This document shows positions 48,316-57,850 of a DNA stretch of 64,000 nt, one piece after another. The notes under the pieces were generated by a model that did no database searches, was not told where the DNA came from, and saw only the letters and a program-made list of their open reading frames with translations. The stretch's first letter is position 1. Each line of letters begins with the position of its first letter. Position numbers and translations under genes: made by a program. The stretch comes from Fibrobacteria bacterium (GTDB taxonomy: Bacteria > Fibrobacterota > Fibrobacteria > UBA11236): positions 1-64,000 of the forward strand of contig JAYTHY010000042.1 of assembly GCA_043732185.1 (NCBI GenBank). Direction: 5' to 3'.

Positions 48316-49794
48316 ATGAACGCAAGAGCCATGAACCAGAGAGAGTCTGCAAATTTCGATTTACAAAAGCACCGTCAAGGGGACCGGGCGGAACTTTTCC
48401 GGGAAATTTTCCCCGGGATGGCCGACCAGAATAGGGTTTCGGTCTTTCGCAAAGCCTCATGTTCCTGCGGAGGGGGTTGTCCCTCTTGCCAGGAATCCTC
48501 AAATAATTTGCAACTGTCTCAACCCGGTGATCCGGCAGAAGTGGAAGCCGATCAGGTTGCCGAAAAAATCATGAGGATGCCCAACAACGAAAGCGGGAAA
48601 CTCCGGAGTGAATCCAAACCGGAGGCTTGGCCGATCCAAAATCCGGCATTCGCCAGCCAGGCAGCCGGTTCCGGTGGCGTTCCGCTCGATACCGGACTCC
48701 GTGGTTTTTTTGAACCACGCTTCGGCGCAGATCTCAGCGAAGTTCGGATTCACTCGGGACACACGGCGGCGGAGTCCGCCCAAGCCATCGACGCTAAGGC
48801 TTTCACGATGGGTAGCAATATTTTTTTCAATGCAGGAGAATATCAGCCGGAAACAACTTCGGGAAAACACCTCCTTGCCCATGAACTCGCACATGTCCGC
48901 CAAGGTGGCGGTGGCATCCGGCGCTGCGCCAATCCTGCAGTGAATGACCCAAAATTTGATTGGCAAATCGGTAAAGTCAAAAAGCATCCCAACTATCTGG
49001 CTTTGGCGGATAAAACTGAGGCCGATGATGTATTGGTCGAGTTGAAAAAGCAACCTGCGTGCCTTTGGATGCTGGAAAAGTTTCTGACGCTACTGGATAC
49101 GGCGGAAAAAAGTGAGGCAACCATCACTTTGGAAACCAATGATTCAACTGCAGCTGCGGTAGCGGACGAAAAGACACGCGTAGCGATTCCCGCCCAGGCG
49201 AAAAACCTGACACTTGAAGAGACCCTCTCCGCGGATCCGAAACGGAAATGGGTGAAAGTCACCGGAAAATTTGGGAACGGGAAATACGAGGTTGACAATA
49301 CAGATCCAAAAAATATTGTGGTGCGGGCGAAAATATTCCTGCAGACAGCAGGTACTGGCAAGGTTGCGGATGTGGATAGCGTCAAGGCGATGGAAGACGC
49401 GATTGAAAAAGCGGCATCGACCAAGGGGTTCACGGTGGATCTCACTTTTGTGAACACGGCCGGGAATGATGCGTTTGAAGTGGATGTGAATCCAGGAGCA
49501 TGGGAGGACGCAACGAACTGGGCAGGAGGAGAACCCCTGGGGTTCGCGCATGAATTTTTCCACCTCATGTTCTATGAAGTGGACCGCTACAACTATATCG
49601 ATGCCCATTCCACCAACGCATCGATGATGATACCATCCAGGATCCATTGGTTTTTGCTGCAATTGAAAAAACCGGCAGGCTGGGACAACCCCGCTTCCAT
49701 TGCCGCCGGTGGGCCTCATCCACTCGACGATGATATTTGCAGGGTGGCCGGATTGCCTGAAGCCGATTGCATCCGAAAACGGAGATCTCCTTAA
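48316..49794 (+). CDS. DUF4157 effector 2 with C-terminal zinc-metallopeptidase domain
   Basis: FFEPRFGADLSEVRIH...LLAHELAHVRQ; second motif AHEFFHLMFYEVDRY. Confidence 0.78.
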   Translation: MNARAMNQRESANFDLQKHRQGDRAELFREIFPGMADQNRVSVFRKASCSCGGGCPSCQESSNNLQLSQPGDPAEVEADQVAEKIMRMPNNESGKLRSESKPEAWPIQNPAFASQAAGSGGVPLDTGLRGFFEPRFGADLSEVRIHSGHTAAESAQAIDAKAFTMGSNIFFNAGEYQPETTSGKHLLAHELAHVRQGGGGIRRCANPAVNDPKFDWQIGKVKKHPNYLALADKTEADDVLVELKKQPACLWMLEKFLTLLDTAEKSEATITLETNDSTAAAVADEKTRVAIPAQAKNLTLEETLSADPKRKWVKVTGKFGNGKYEVDNTDPKNIVVRAKIFLQTAGTGKVADVDSVKAMEDAIEKAASTKGFTVDLTFVNTAGNDAFEVDVNPGAWEDATNWAGGEPLGFAHEFFHLMFYEVDRYNYIDAHSTNASMMIPSRIHWFLLQLKKPAGWDNPASIAAGGPHPLDDDICRVAGLPEADCIRKRRSP

Positions 49795-49810
49795 CTGGAG
49801 AGACCCTACA

Positions 49811-52800
49811 ATGGAACGATTGGCGGCATCGAACAAAACGGACCCCGCCCGAAATAAAACGCGTGGTGCTGCGCCTATACCTGAAAATGTAGACACCACT
49901 TATGGATTGGGTGGTTTTCCCGACATTATTTACCGTAAAGCTGCCTGTGCCTGCGGCGGCGGATGTCCAGCTTGCCTGGCAAATTCCGGTAGCCTGAGGG
50001 TTTCCCAACCTGGAGATCAGACAGAAGTAGAGGCGGATAAGGTTGCGGATGAAATCATGCGCGCCCCGACCCTGCATCGAAAGGCTTTATCCACAACAGG
50101 AGATGCGTCTTCCAAAGCCGCAGATCATGTGCAGAAAGCAGTTCAAGCGGGCGGTCGCCCTCTGGAGGATCGAACCCGTCAATTTTTCGAACCGCGCATT
50201 GGATATGATCTAAGTTCGGTTCGGCTGCACACGGGCGAGAGCGCGGCGCAATCCGCACACGCGTTACAAGCAAGAGCGTATACACTAGGCAACGACATCG
50301 TTTTCGGAGAAAATGAATACACGGAAGATTCTGAAAGCGGTAAACGACTGCTCGCGCACGAGCTTGCGCATGTCACCGGAAACCATTCCGGCATCCATCG
50401 GGATCCTAAACCCGATGCTGTGGTGGACCCAGTGGAGGTGAGGCTAGAGGGATTGCCAACCGATGGCCTAAAACTGATGGCCAAGGCTGAACGTACAGGC
50501 GCGAACATCATCGATGCAGAAATGGTGATGAACGGTGACTTGGTGCTTCCCGAATTCGGGGTGCATGACAATGCTGGAAAGGTATGGGCTTGGATAAACG
50601 TACCCGGGAAAAACGCCCTTGACGTTCCCGTCAACAGGGCATTCGCCAAAGCCCGCGGCTTCAATTATCCGATTTTGCACGGGTTCATCGAATTTAAATA
50701 CCTCGGCAACATCACCATTCCGATTACCATTTATGCAAAGCCTCCCGAAAAAGTGGAGCCACCCGCTCCAGTTTCAGTAGAGCCTCCCAAAAGGGACAAG
50801 CCCAGTCCGCCCGAGGCGCAGCCCGCCAAAGATTTGATCAGCCAAGCGACTTCGTGGTCGATTTTGAGTAAAAAAGATCTCGGGAAAAAACTGCTCGATT
50901 ATGCAGATGGTGGAGATTTTTCGACACCGGATTCCGTGCTCGAAGAATTATGGAGCAACAATCGGGACGATGTAAGCTTTGAAATGACCCTAGCCGCCAG
51001 CGACGAACAGCTTGCGGGAATGGCGGAAACTGCGGACGGACGGAAATTTCTGGACCGGCTCTACGATGAATTGACAAGTGGTTCCGCAGATGAAAAAGAG
51101 CAAGCCCAAGCCGAGCGCATACTGATGGCCAAAGCGGGTCGCATCGATCCCAAAAAATTCATGAACGCGGAAAAATCGGCCATGGTTATCCCATTCTCCG
51201 GATCCGGGTTCACTAAATTCAGCTCCGCTTCCCTGTCCGTGCATCGTATGGACAACGGAAACATTTGGGTGCGCAGCCACATGAAAACCGAGCATTGGAA
51301 GGATGCAAAACTTTCACCCGAGCACTATGCCATTATGTACTCCGGGATAGAAATGGATCCGGACACAGTCGTAGGGGTATACCTCTACGACGAAGGCGGA
51401 AAAATCATCTACATGCCGGCGCTTTATCTGCTTCAACTGAGCAATACAGATACCACGAAAGTGGGAATGATGGCGGGAGAAGCTTTCGTTACGGGCCTTA
51501 CTTTTGGACTAGGTGGAGAGGCGGTGGCTGTCGGCGAAACTGCGAACGCTTCACGCGCTGCAATTTGGGGCGCACGTGCAGTCAATTATCTGAAATGGAC
51601 CGACCGGGCTGCCACTGCGGTTGCAGCCGCAAGCACTTTGGTCAACGACCACAGGGGTTGGATTATTGAAAAATTCGGAGATGACGGGCGCTGGATCCTT
51701 AAGGAATGGGCCAAGGTCGATCGGATCTTGATGATCTACGGGTTGGCGAGAGGTGCAGTCGCATTGGGCCAAATGGGGTACGGTTTGCGGGCAAGTTGGA
51801 AAAATTGGCGGACCGCGGCTAGCAAGGTCGACGATTTGGCTGCGGACGAAAAGAAAATAGTCGATGAACTGTCTTCGAACGTGGAGCAGACCCTAGAAGA
51901 AATAGAAACGGCCCAGGCAAAAGCAGGAATGGGAGCGAAAGCACCGACAGCCAATGTCGCAGGGGAAGCAGATGCGGCAGCGGATGAAATAAACGTCCTA
52001 AATAAAAACGATACTGTCTCCACTGCGGGTGAAGTAGAGGGTGCCGGCGCTGAAGTTGTTGATTTGGATCAGTATAGGAAACAGCAAGCTGCCAAAAAGG
52101 CAGCCAAACAATCGGCACCAATCCAGCAATTGAAAAAAACGGGAACCGATGATACCGTGGCGGTTGCCCAGGATTCGACCATTGCGGCGAACGACAATGC
52201 GGAGATTGTAGACGCGCCTTCAACCTCAACCAACACCAGTACCAGCACTCGAAAATCAGCGGGAACCGCCACGGTTACCCCCATTAAGCCACGTGTGGAA
52301 GTCGATCTCTCCGAATTCCCCAATGGCGCCGACCTGACGAAAGACAAATGGATTGGGAAAAAATGGAAACCGGGAGATGATTTACCCAAAGGATATGTGC
52401 CACTAAAGGACGGAGGGATTCGACGGGGCCCCGGTTTTAGAGAGAAAAATTTTGTCCCGCTCGAAGTGAAAGATGGAAAGTTGGCCGTCGGCACTGCAGG
52501 AGAGCGCATCAGCAATCCCTCTGTGATGAACAGAAACTACAAGAGCGCTGTGGGCCAGGAGCTGCGGGCAAAAAACCCTGGTTGGACCGAAGCCAAACTG
52601 GAGGCGGAATTGATCAAAGAAGTGGAAAAGAATTCCGTCCACCATTTGATACCAGATAATGTGGTTCAAGATCATCCGCTTGCCCAAGCCGCGACCAAAG
52701 CGGGGTACAGTCTCGATAACGCCGGTAACCTAAAGGGGTTGCCCAAATCAAAGGTATTGACGGACATCGAGGCCGGCGAGATGGGGCATTGGACCAGTCA

Positions 52801-53032
52801 CCCTCAGTATGATCGGCTCGTCAAAGACGAGCTCGACACGGTCCAAAAAGCGTTGGAAAAGGAGTTCAAGTCGCTCGATAAGGTGCCCAAACAGCGTTTG
52901 CTTGATGCACTGAAAAGCGTCGAAGACAAGCTCCGAAAACTGATCGAGGACGGCAAGGCTCCCATTAAGGACGGCCATCTAGCAGAGGATGAGCCAAGGG
53001 ATTCCAATGATGAATCGGAATCCTATGCTTGA
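49811..53032 (+). CDS. DUF4157 effector 3 with C-terminal AHH (HNH/EndoVII-fold) nuclease
   Basis: GGAG SD; FFEPRIGYDLSSVRLH...LLAHELAHV; C-terminal VHHLIP...LDNAGNLKGLP...GHWTSHPQYD. Confidence 0.85.
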   Translation: MERLAASNKTDPARNKTRGAAPIPENVDTTYGLGGFPDIIYRKAACACGGGCPACLANSGSLRVSQPGDQTEVEADKVADEIMRAPTLHRKALSTTGDASSKAADHVQKAVQAGGRPLEDRTRQFFEPRIGYDLSSVRLHTGESAAQSAHALQARAYTLGNDIVFGENEYTEDSESGKRLLAHELAHVTGNHSGIHRDPKPDAVVDPVEVRLEGLPTDGLKLMAKAERTGANIIDAEMVMNGDLVLPEFGVHDNAGKVWAWINVPGKNALDVPVNRAFAKARGFNYPILHGFIEFKYLGNITIPITIYAKPPEKVEPPAPVSVEPPKRDKPSPPEAQPAKDLISQATSWSILSKKDLGKKLLDYADGGDFSTPDSVLEELWSNNRDDVSFEMTLAASDEQLAGMAETADGRKFLDRLYDELTSGSADEKEQAQAERILMAKAGRIDPKKFMNAEKSAMVIPFSGSGFTKFSSASLSVHRMDNGNIWVRSHMKTEHWKDAKLSPEHYAIMYSGIEMDPDTVVGVYLYDEGGKIIYMPALYLLQLSNTDTTKVGMMAGEAFVTGLTFGLGGEAVAVGETANASRAAIWGARAVNYLKWTDRAATAVAAASTLVNDHRGWIIEKFGDDGRWILKEWAKVDRILMIYGLARGAVALGQMGYGLRASWKNWRTAASKVDDLAADEKKIVDELSSNVEQTLEEIETAQAKAGMGAKAPTANVAGEADAAADEINVLNKNDTVSTAGEVEGAGAEVVDLDQYRKQQAAKKAAKQSAPIQQLKKTGTDDTVAVAQDSTIAANDNAEIVDAPSTSTNTSTSTRKSAGTATVTPIKPRVEVDLSEFPNGADLTKDKWIGKKWKPGDDLPKGYVPLKDGGIRRGPGFREKNFVPLEVKDGKLAVGTAGERISNPSVMNRNYKSAVGQELRAKNPGWTEAKLEAELIKEVEKNSVHHLIPDNVVQDHPLAQAATKAGYSLDNAGNLKGLPKSKVLTDIEAGEMGHWTSHPQYDRLVKDELDTVQKALEKEFKSLDKVPKQRLLDALKSVEDKLRKLIEDGKAPIKDGHLAEDEPRDSNDESESYA

Positions 53033-53092
53033 AGGGCAGAAGAAAATGACTTTGCCCAATTTCGCAACTCAATAGTTTTAATTCGCAGCGGG

Positions 53093-55573
53093 CTAAACCC
53101 CCGCTCTATTCCTCCTTAAAAGTTCTTCCGTAGAACATTCCCGCTTGGGAGTGTACCCTTCCAGCGGCAACATATGCTCATGCACGGCATCCAGAAAATC
53201 ATTCGGCATGGGGAAAAAGGAGTCTTCCACCTCATCGGCCGGAGTAATCCAATTGCGGCTTCCAATCACCACCGGAGGCGCGTCCAAATCGTCAAAAGCA
53301 AAGCGGCTGATGCTGTTAGCCATAGTGTGCAGAAAGCTTCCGCGTTCGCAGGCGTCGGATGCCAACAGGATTTTTCCGGTTTTCTTAACGCTGGCAAGCA
53401 CCAAGTCATAATTGAAAGGGACAATGCTGCGCGCGTCGATGACTTCCACGGAAAGGCCGTATTCCGCTTCCAAAATTTTGGCCGCGTCCAGGGCTCGGTA
53501 GAGAGTGGCGCCCACAGTTAAGATGGTGAGATCTGTACCGGATTTTTTGATATCCGGTTCGCCGAATGCCACACTGTAGGATTCTACGGGCACGCCACCG
53601 GGATGGAAATGCTCGGGCTCGTCATAGATGCGTTGGCTTTCGAAGAAGATGACGGGATCGGTGCCGGTCAAGGCGGCATTCATCAAGCCTTTGGCATCAT
53701 ACGGAGAGGCGGGAAAGGCCACTTTGAGTCCGGGAATATGGGCCACGAGACTGGTCCAATCTTGGGAATGCTGCGCGCCGTATTTAGAGCCCACGGATAC
53801 GCGGAGCACCAAAGGCATGCGCAGCAATCCGCCGGACATGCTCTGCCATTTGGACATTTGATTGAAGATTTCATCGCCCGAGCGGCCCATAAAGTCGCAG
53901 TACATGAGTTCCGCAATCACGCGGCCGCCTTCCAGAGCGTAGCCCACAGCGGTGCCGACGATGGCGGCTTCGCTGATGGGCGAATTGAACAAGCGATGGT
54001 ACGGTAACGCCTCCGTTAACCCGCGGTATACGGCAAACGCGCCGCCCCAATCCCGATTTTCTTCACCATAGGCGATAAGCGTGGGGTCGATATAGAAGCG
54101 GTCGAAAATGGCTTCAAAGAGTGCGTCGCGGATGGCGATGCATTTGATCTTAGGAAGCTTCTGGCCATTTTCATCCAGAGCCGAACGCGAACGGCCGGCA
54201 AGTTGCGCAACGCGGGGATTGTCTGCCTTGGCCAGCAGGGTTTCCGGTGTGCGGGTCGTATCCATGCTTTCCACTGTGCCGTTGGAGAACATGACTTTTT
54301 CAATCGTGCAGCCGATGCTCATTTGGTTTTCGCGCGGGGAAATATTGAGGTCCACCGATTTTTTATAGGCACGCAAAATGCGGTCGTCGATTTTTTGTTT
54401 TATCGCGTCCAAGTCCATGGTAGAACAAATTTTTCCCGCGACCAATCCTTCCGCATACGCGACGAGCGAATCCTGCTGCTGCCACATTTCCACTTCGCTT
54501 TTTTCCCGGTAGCTAGACGCATCCGAAGGCGAGTGGCCCGAGAACCGGTAGGTGATGGTGTCGAGTAGAACAGGGCCATCGCCTTTGATGATGATGTCGC
54601 GTTTGCGCCGGATGCCGTCGATAACGGCCAAGGGATTGTAGCCGTCGATGCGTTCGGCGTGCATTTGCTCTGGATTGACGCCTGCACCCATGCGAGCCAG
54701 GACTTTAAAGCCCATGGTTTCGCCTACGGGTTGGCCGCCCATGCCATAGAAATTGTTGGTGAAGTTGACGATAATAGGCAAGCCACCGCGATGGGCTTCG
54801 TCCCAAAGGGTCTTGAACTGATCCATGGTGGCAAAGCACAAGGCTTCCCAAGTTGGACCGCAGCCCGCGCTGGCGTCGCCGATATTACAGATGACGATAC
54901 CGGGCTTTCCGTTCACCTTTTTGAAAAGTGCCGCACCCACGGCGATATCCGCAGAACCGCCTACAATGGCGTTATTGGGCATGATGCCAAAGGGCGGAAA
55001 GAAGGCGTGCATGGAACCGCCCAGGCCTTTATTGAAACCGTAGTCGCGGGCAAAAATTTCAGCCAGGGATCCGTAGATGAGAAAGTCAACGGCCAAGTCC
55101 TTAACCGTGGTACCGGAGGGATCTTTTTCAACCACCTTCAACGCATGACCACCAAAATAGTTGGTCATGATATCCATCAGCTGTTTGTCGTCCAGCTTGT
55201 GGATGGCGGATAGGCCCTTGGCCAGAATCTCTCCATGGGACCGATGCGATCCAAAGATATGATCGTCCACGCCCAGCAAATATGCTTGACCAACCGCCGA
55301 AGCCTCCTGCCCGATGGAAAGATGCGCGGGGCCGCGATGATTGTAAGCAGTGCCGCCGAAGGTGCCTTTGATTTTGACCTCGTTAAGCATGGTCTCAAAG
55401 GAACGGATCACCTGCATGTCGTGTTGGATGCGGACCAAATCGTCCTTGGTGAAATTTCCGGAAGCGGCTTCTTGCTTCAGCGTTTTGCCGTATTGATTGA
55501 TTGGAATGGGTGAGAATTCGACAAAGCCTTTGGACCGGGCCTCTTTGGGATGGATGACTATACTCTTGGGCAT
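53093..55573 (-). CDS. Fused 2-oxoacid dehydrogenase E1 alpha/beta (ThDP-dependent)
   Basis: HLSIGQE, HRSHG, GDA...NN ThDP motif, [23 protein letters not shown]. Confidence 0.9.
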   Translation of the reverse strand: MPKSIVIHPKEARSKGFVEFSPIPINQYGKTLKQEAASGNFTKDDLVRIQHDMQVIRSFETMLNEVKIKGTFGGTAYNHRGPAHLSIGQEASAVGQAYLLGVDDHIFGSHRSHGEILAKGLSAIHKLDDKQLMDIMTNYFGGHALKVVEKDPSGTTVKDLAVDFLIYGSLAEIFARDYGFNKGLGGSMHAFFPPFGIMPNNAIVGGSADIAVGAALFKKVNGKPGIVICNIGDASAGCGPTWEALCFATMDQFKTLWDEAHRGGLPIIVNFTNNFYGMGGQPVGETMGFKVLARMGAGVNPEQMHAERIDGYNPLAVIDGIRRKRDIIIKGDGPVLLDTITYRFSGHSPSDASSYREKSEVEMWQQQDSLVAYAEGLVAGKICSTMDLDAIKQKIDDRILRAYKKSVDLNISPRENQMSIGCTIEKVMFSNGTVESMDTTRTPETLLAKADNPRVAQLAGRSRSALDENGQKLPKIKCIAIRDALFEAIFDRFYIDPTLIAYGEENRDWGGAFAVYRGLTEALPYHRLFNSPISEAAIVGTAVGYALEGGRVIAELMYCDFMGRSGDEIFNQMSKWQSMSGGLLRMPLVLRVSVGSKYGAQHSQDWTSLVAHIPGLKVAFPASPYDAKGLMNAALTGTDPVIFFESQRIYDEPEHFHPGGVPVESYSVAFGEPDIKKSGTDLTILTVGATLYRALDAAKILEAEYGLSVEVIDARSIVPFNYDLVLASVKKTGKILLASDACERGSFLHTMANSISRFAFDDLDAPPVVIGSRNWITPADEVEDSFFPMPNDFLDAVHEHMLPLEGYTPKRECSTEELLRRNRAGV

Positions 55574-55582
55574 GCAGGACTC

Positions 55583-56377
55583 CTAAGTCGGTTTATCGAT
55601 GTGTTTAAGTGGTTCGGATTCGGGAAAGACTACGGTAATTCTATGGGTTTGGAAAAAAGTCATCCAGGCTTCATCGGGACGGGTGTCGGTGACGATGCTT
55701 GATATGGCCGTCCACTCTACAATTTTGAAAAGGGAGGGCGATAGGAATTTGGTTTGGTCCGCGACCAGTATTGCACGGCGGCTGTTGTGTACGGCTTGGC
55801 GATTGAAATGGGCGGATTCGACATCGCTGGCCGAAGGTCCGAAGTCCGCGCTCAGGCCATCTGCACCTAAAAAACAAATGTAGCCGCGGAGTTGATCGAA
55901 AGTGGCGGCAGCAATAGGACCTACGCAATCCATTCTATCCGGCCGGTATTGGCCGCCTATCAGAATGACATTGGTATTGGGGGCGTCGAGTTCGATAGCC
56001 AATCGGGCAGAGTTGGTGATAATGGATAGTCCGCGTTTTCGTTTGAGAAAGGGAGCCATCATAAAGCAGGTGGTGCCGGAATCCAAAAATATCTGTTCAC
56101 CATCCTGGACCAGAGAAGCCGCCAATCGGCCGATAGACTCTTTGGCTCCTGGACTGCGCTGATGCTTGGATCGAAATGAGAAATCCGAGGACCGGCGAAT
56201 CACCGCCCCCCCATAAACCAAGTCGATTTCGCCTTCTTCCGACAAGGTTTTCAGGTCCCGACGGATAGTAGCCTCGGAAGCACCCATGGCTGTCGCCAAA
56301 TCCACCACGGTGGCGGACCGATGGCCGAATATTTCGTCCAAAATGTGTTGGCGACGATTTTGAGCAGAACTTCCCAT
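55583..56377 (-). CDS. DeoR/GlpR family transcriptional regulator
   Basis: ASEATIRRDL HTH, FLDSGTT, IITNS; start probably MGSS at 56377. Confidence 0.92.
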   Translation of the reverse strand: MGSSAQNRRQHILDEIFGHRSATVVDLATAMGASEATIRRDLKTLSEEGEIDLVYGGAVIRRSSDFSFRSKHQRSPGAKESIGRLAASLVQDGEQIFLDSGTTCFMMAPFLKRKRGLSIITNSARLAIELDAPNTNVILIGGQYRPDRMDCVGPIAAATFDQLRGYICFLGADGLSADFGPSASDVESAHFNRQAVHNSRRAILVADQTKFLSPSLFKIVEWTAISSIVTDTRPDEAWMTFFQTHRITVVFPESEPLKHIDKPT

Positions 56378-56585
56378 TGGCTTGAAAAATATACCGTAAT
56401 GACGTACTTTAGTCAAAGTCTTGATTGAAAAAAGAAAGAATTGATTTAATTAACGAAGAATTATGATGGCTTTACTCCGGTTAGCGGAAGTCGGCAACAT
56501 TGCTACATCGTACGTTCGGCGTAAGAGGCGCGCTGAGTACGGCTAGTATTTGCCGTCCCTAAAAAAGGAAAGTGTCAGAAAAAGT

Positions 56586-57848
56586 ATGCAGATTGTTGAA
56601 TGGCTTAAGTCAATCGGTTCGGTAGAGAAAATGCGCGCAGCCGCTAAAACGGTTTCCGCCATTCCGCTTAAAGTGAATTCGCACGTGCATCTGCCTCCTA
56701 ACTTTTCCGCCTTCACCACGGTGGAACAAGTTTTGGATTTGGCGGTAGCGCAAGATGTCAGAGTGATCGGCGTCACCAATTATTACGACTATCAAGTGTA
56801 TGTGAAATTTGCCGAGCTCGCAAAAAAGGCGCGCGTGTTTCCGATTTTTGGATTGGAGATCATCAGTTTGATCGATCGCTTGGTCAAGGATAAGGTCAAG
56901 ATAAACGATCCCGGCAATCCCGGTCGCATGTACATCTGCGGCAAGGGCGTAACCCGTTTCCTGCCCGTACCGGCGGGACCCGCGTCCATTTTGGAAACCA
57001 TTCGCGCCAACGACACGCAGCGTATGCGGGAGATGGTCGATAAAGTGGCGGCTTTATTTATCGCTGCGGGCTGTGACCTCTCGGTTACGGAACCAGGTGT
57101 CAAAAAGATGATTTCCAACCGGCATAAATGTCCCGAAGATATCGTCTATTTGCAAGAGCGTCACATCGCGCAGGCTTTTCAGGAATCCTTATTCGCCAAA
57201 GTTGCAAGCGACAAGCGCGCTCAAATCCTCACGCAAGTTTACGGCACCGCGCCCAAAGCCGGGGCAGATGATGCTGTGCAGTTTCAGAATGAATTCCGAT
57301 CGCATTTGCTTAAAGCCGGAAAACCAGCTTTTGTGGTCGAAACCTTTGTGGACGAAATCGAAGCCAAAAAAATGATTCTGGGCATGGGAGGGATTCCTTG
57401 CTACCCAACCCTGGCGGATGGTGCGAGCCCCTTGTGTCCGTACGAAGCGACGCCGGAAATACTGATCGAAAACATACTCGGCATGGGTATATATATGGCC
57501 GAGTTCATTCCCATTCGGAATACCCCAGAGGTTTTGCAAACCTATGTCAAAGCCATGCGTGCTGCAGGATTAGTGGTGGTAGGTGGAACGGAACACAATA
57601 CCCTTGAGCTCATTCCGCTGGAACCCACTTGCTTAAAAAGCGCCCCAGTTCCTGAGGATATCAAAGCGATATTCTGGGAAGGCGCGTGTGTCATTGCCGC
57701 CCATCAGTTTTTGTTGGCGCAAGGACAAGCCGGATTCGTGGACGCAGACGGTGCGTTGTGCGCGGGATATGCTTCCGCCGATGCCCGAATTAAAGCTTTT
57801 GCGGCACTAGGAGCCGCTGTCATTCAAACCGACCTCGGAGTGTCATAA
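56586..57848 (+). CDS. PHP-domain-like metal-dependent phosphoesterase
   Basis: NSHVH, FGLE, GTEHN metal-ligand motifs; start uncertain (TTG 56550 or ATG 56586). Confidence 0.65.
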   Translation: MQIVEWLKSIGSVEKMRAAAKTVSAIPLKVNSHVHLPPNFSAFTTVEQVLDLAVAQDVRVIGVTNYYDYQVYVKFAELAKKARVFPIFGLEIISLIDRLVKDKVKINDPGNPGRMYICGKGVTRFLPVPAGPASILETIRANDTQRMREMVDKVAALFIAAGCDLSVTEPGVKKMISNRHKCPEDIVYLQERHIAQAFQESLFAKVASDKRAQILTQVYGTAPKAGADDAVQFQNEFRSHLLKAGKPAFVVETFVDEIEAKKMILGMGGIPCYPTLADGASPLCPYEATPEILIENILGMGIYMAEFIPIRNTPEVLQTYVKAMRAAGLVVVGGTEHNTLELIPLEPTCLKSAPVPEDIKAIFWEGACVIAAHQFLLAQGQAGFVDADGALCAGYASADARIKAFAALGAAVIQTDLGVS

Positions 57849-57850
57849 AG

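Larger units (their letters stand above)
20790..53032 (+). other. Extracellular contractile injection system (eCIS, Afp/PVC-like) gene cluster with three DUF4157 effectors
   Basis: Co-oriented, tightly packed sheath, tube, Pvc16, AAA+ ATPase, LysM, spike, PAAR-like, gp25, baseplate and fibre genes; no capsid, portal, terminase or TssJLM genes. Confidence 0.92.

Noticed and set aside
20790..53032. Canonical type VI secretion system
   Set aside because: No TssJ/L/M, TssK, ClpV or split TssB/C sheath; the tube is gp19-like rather than Hcp
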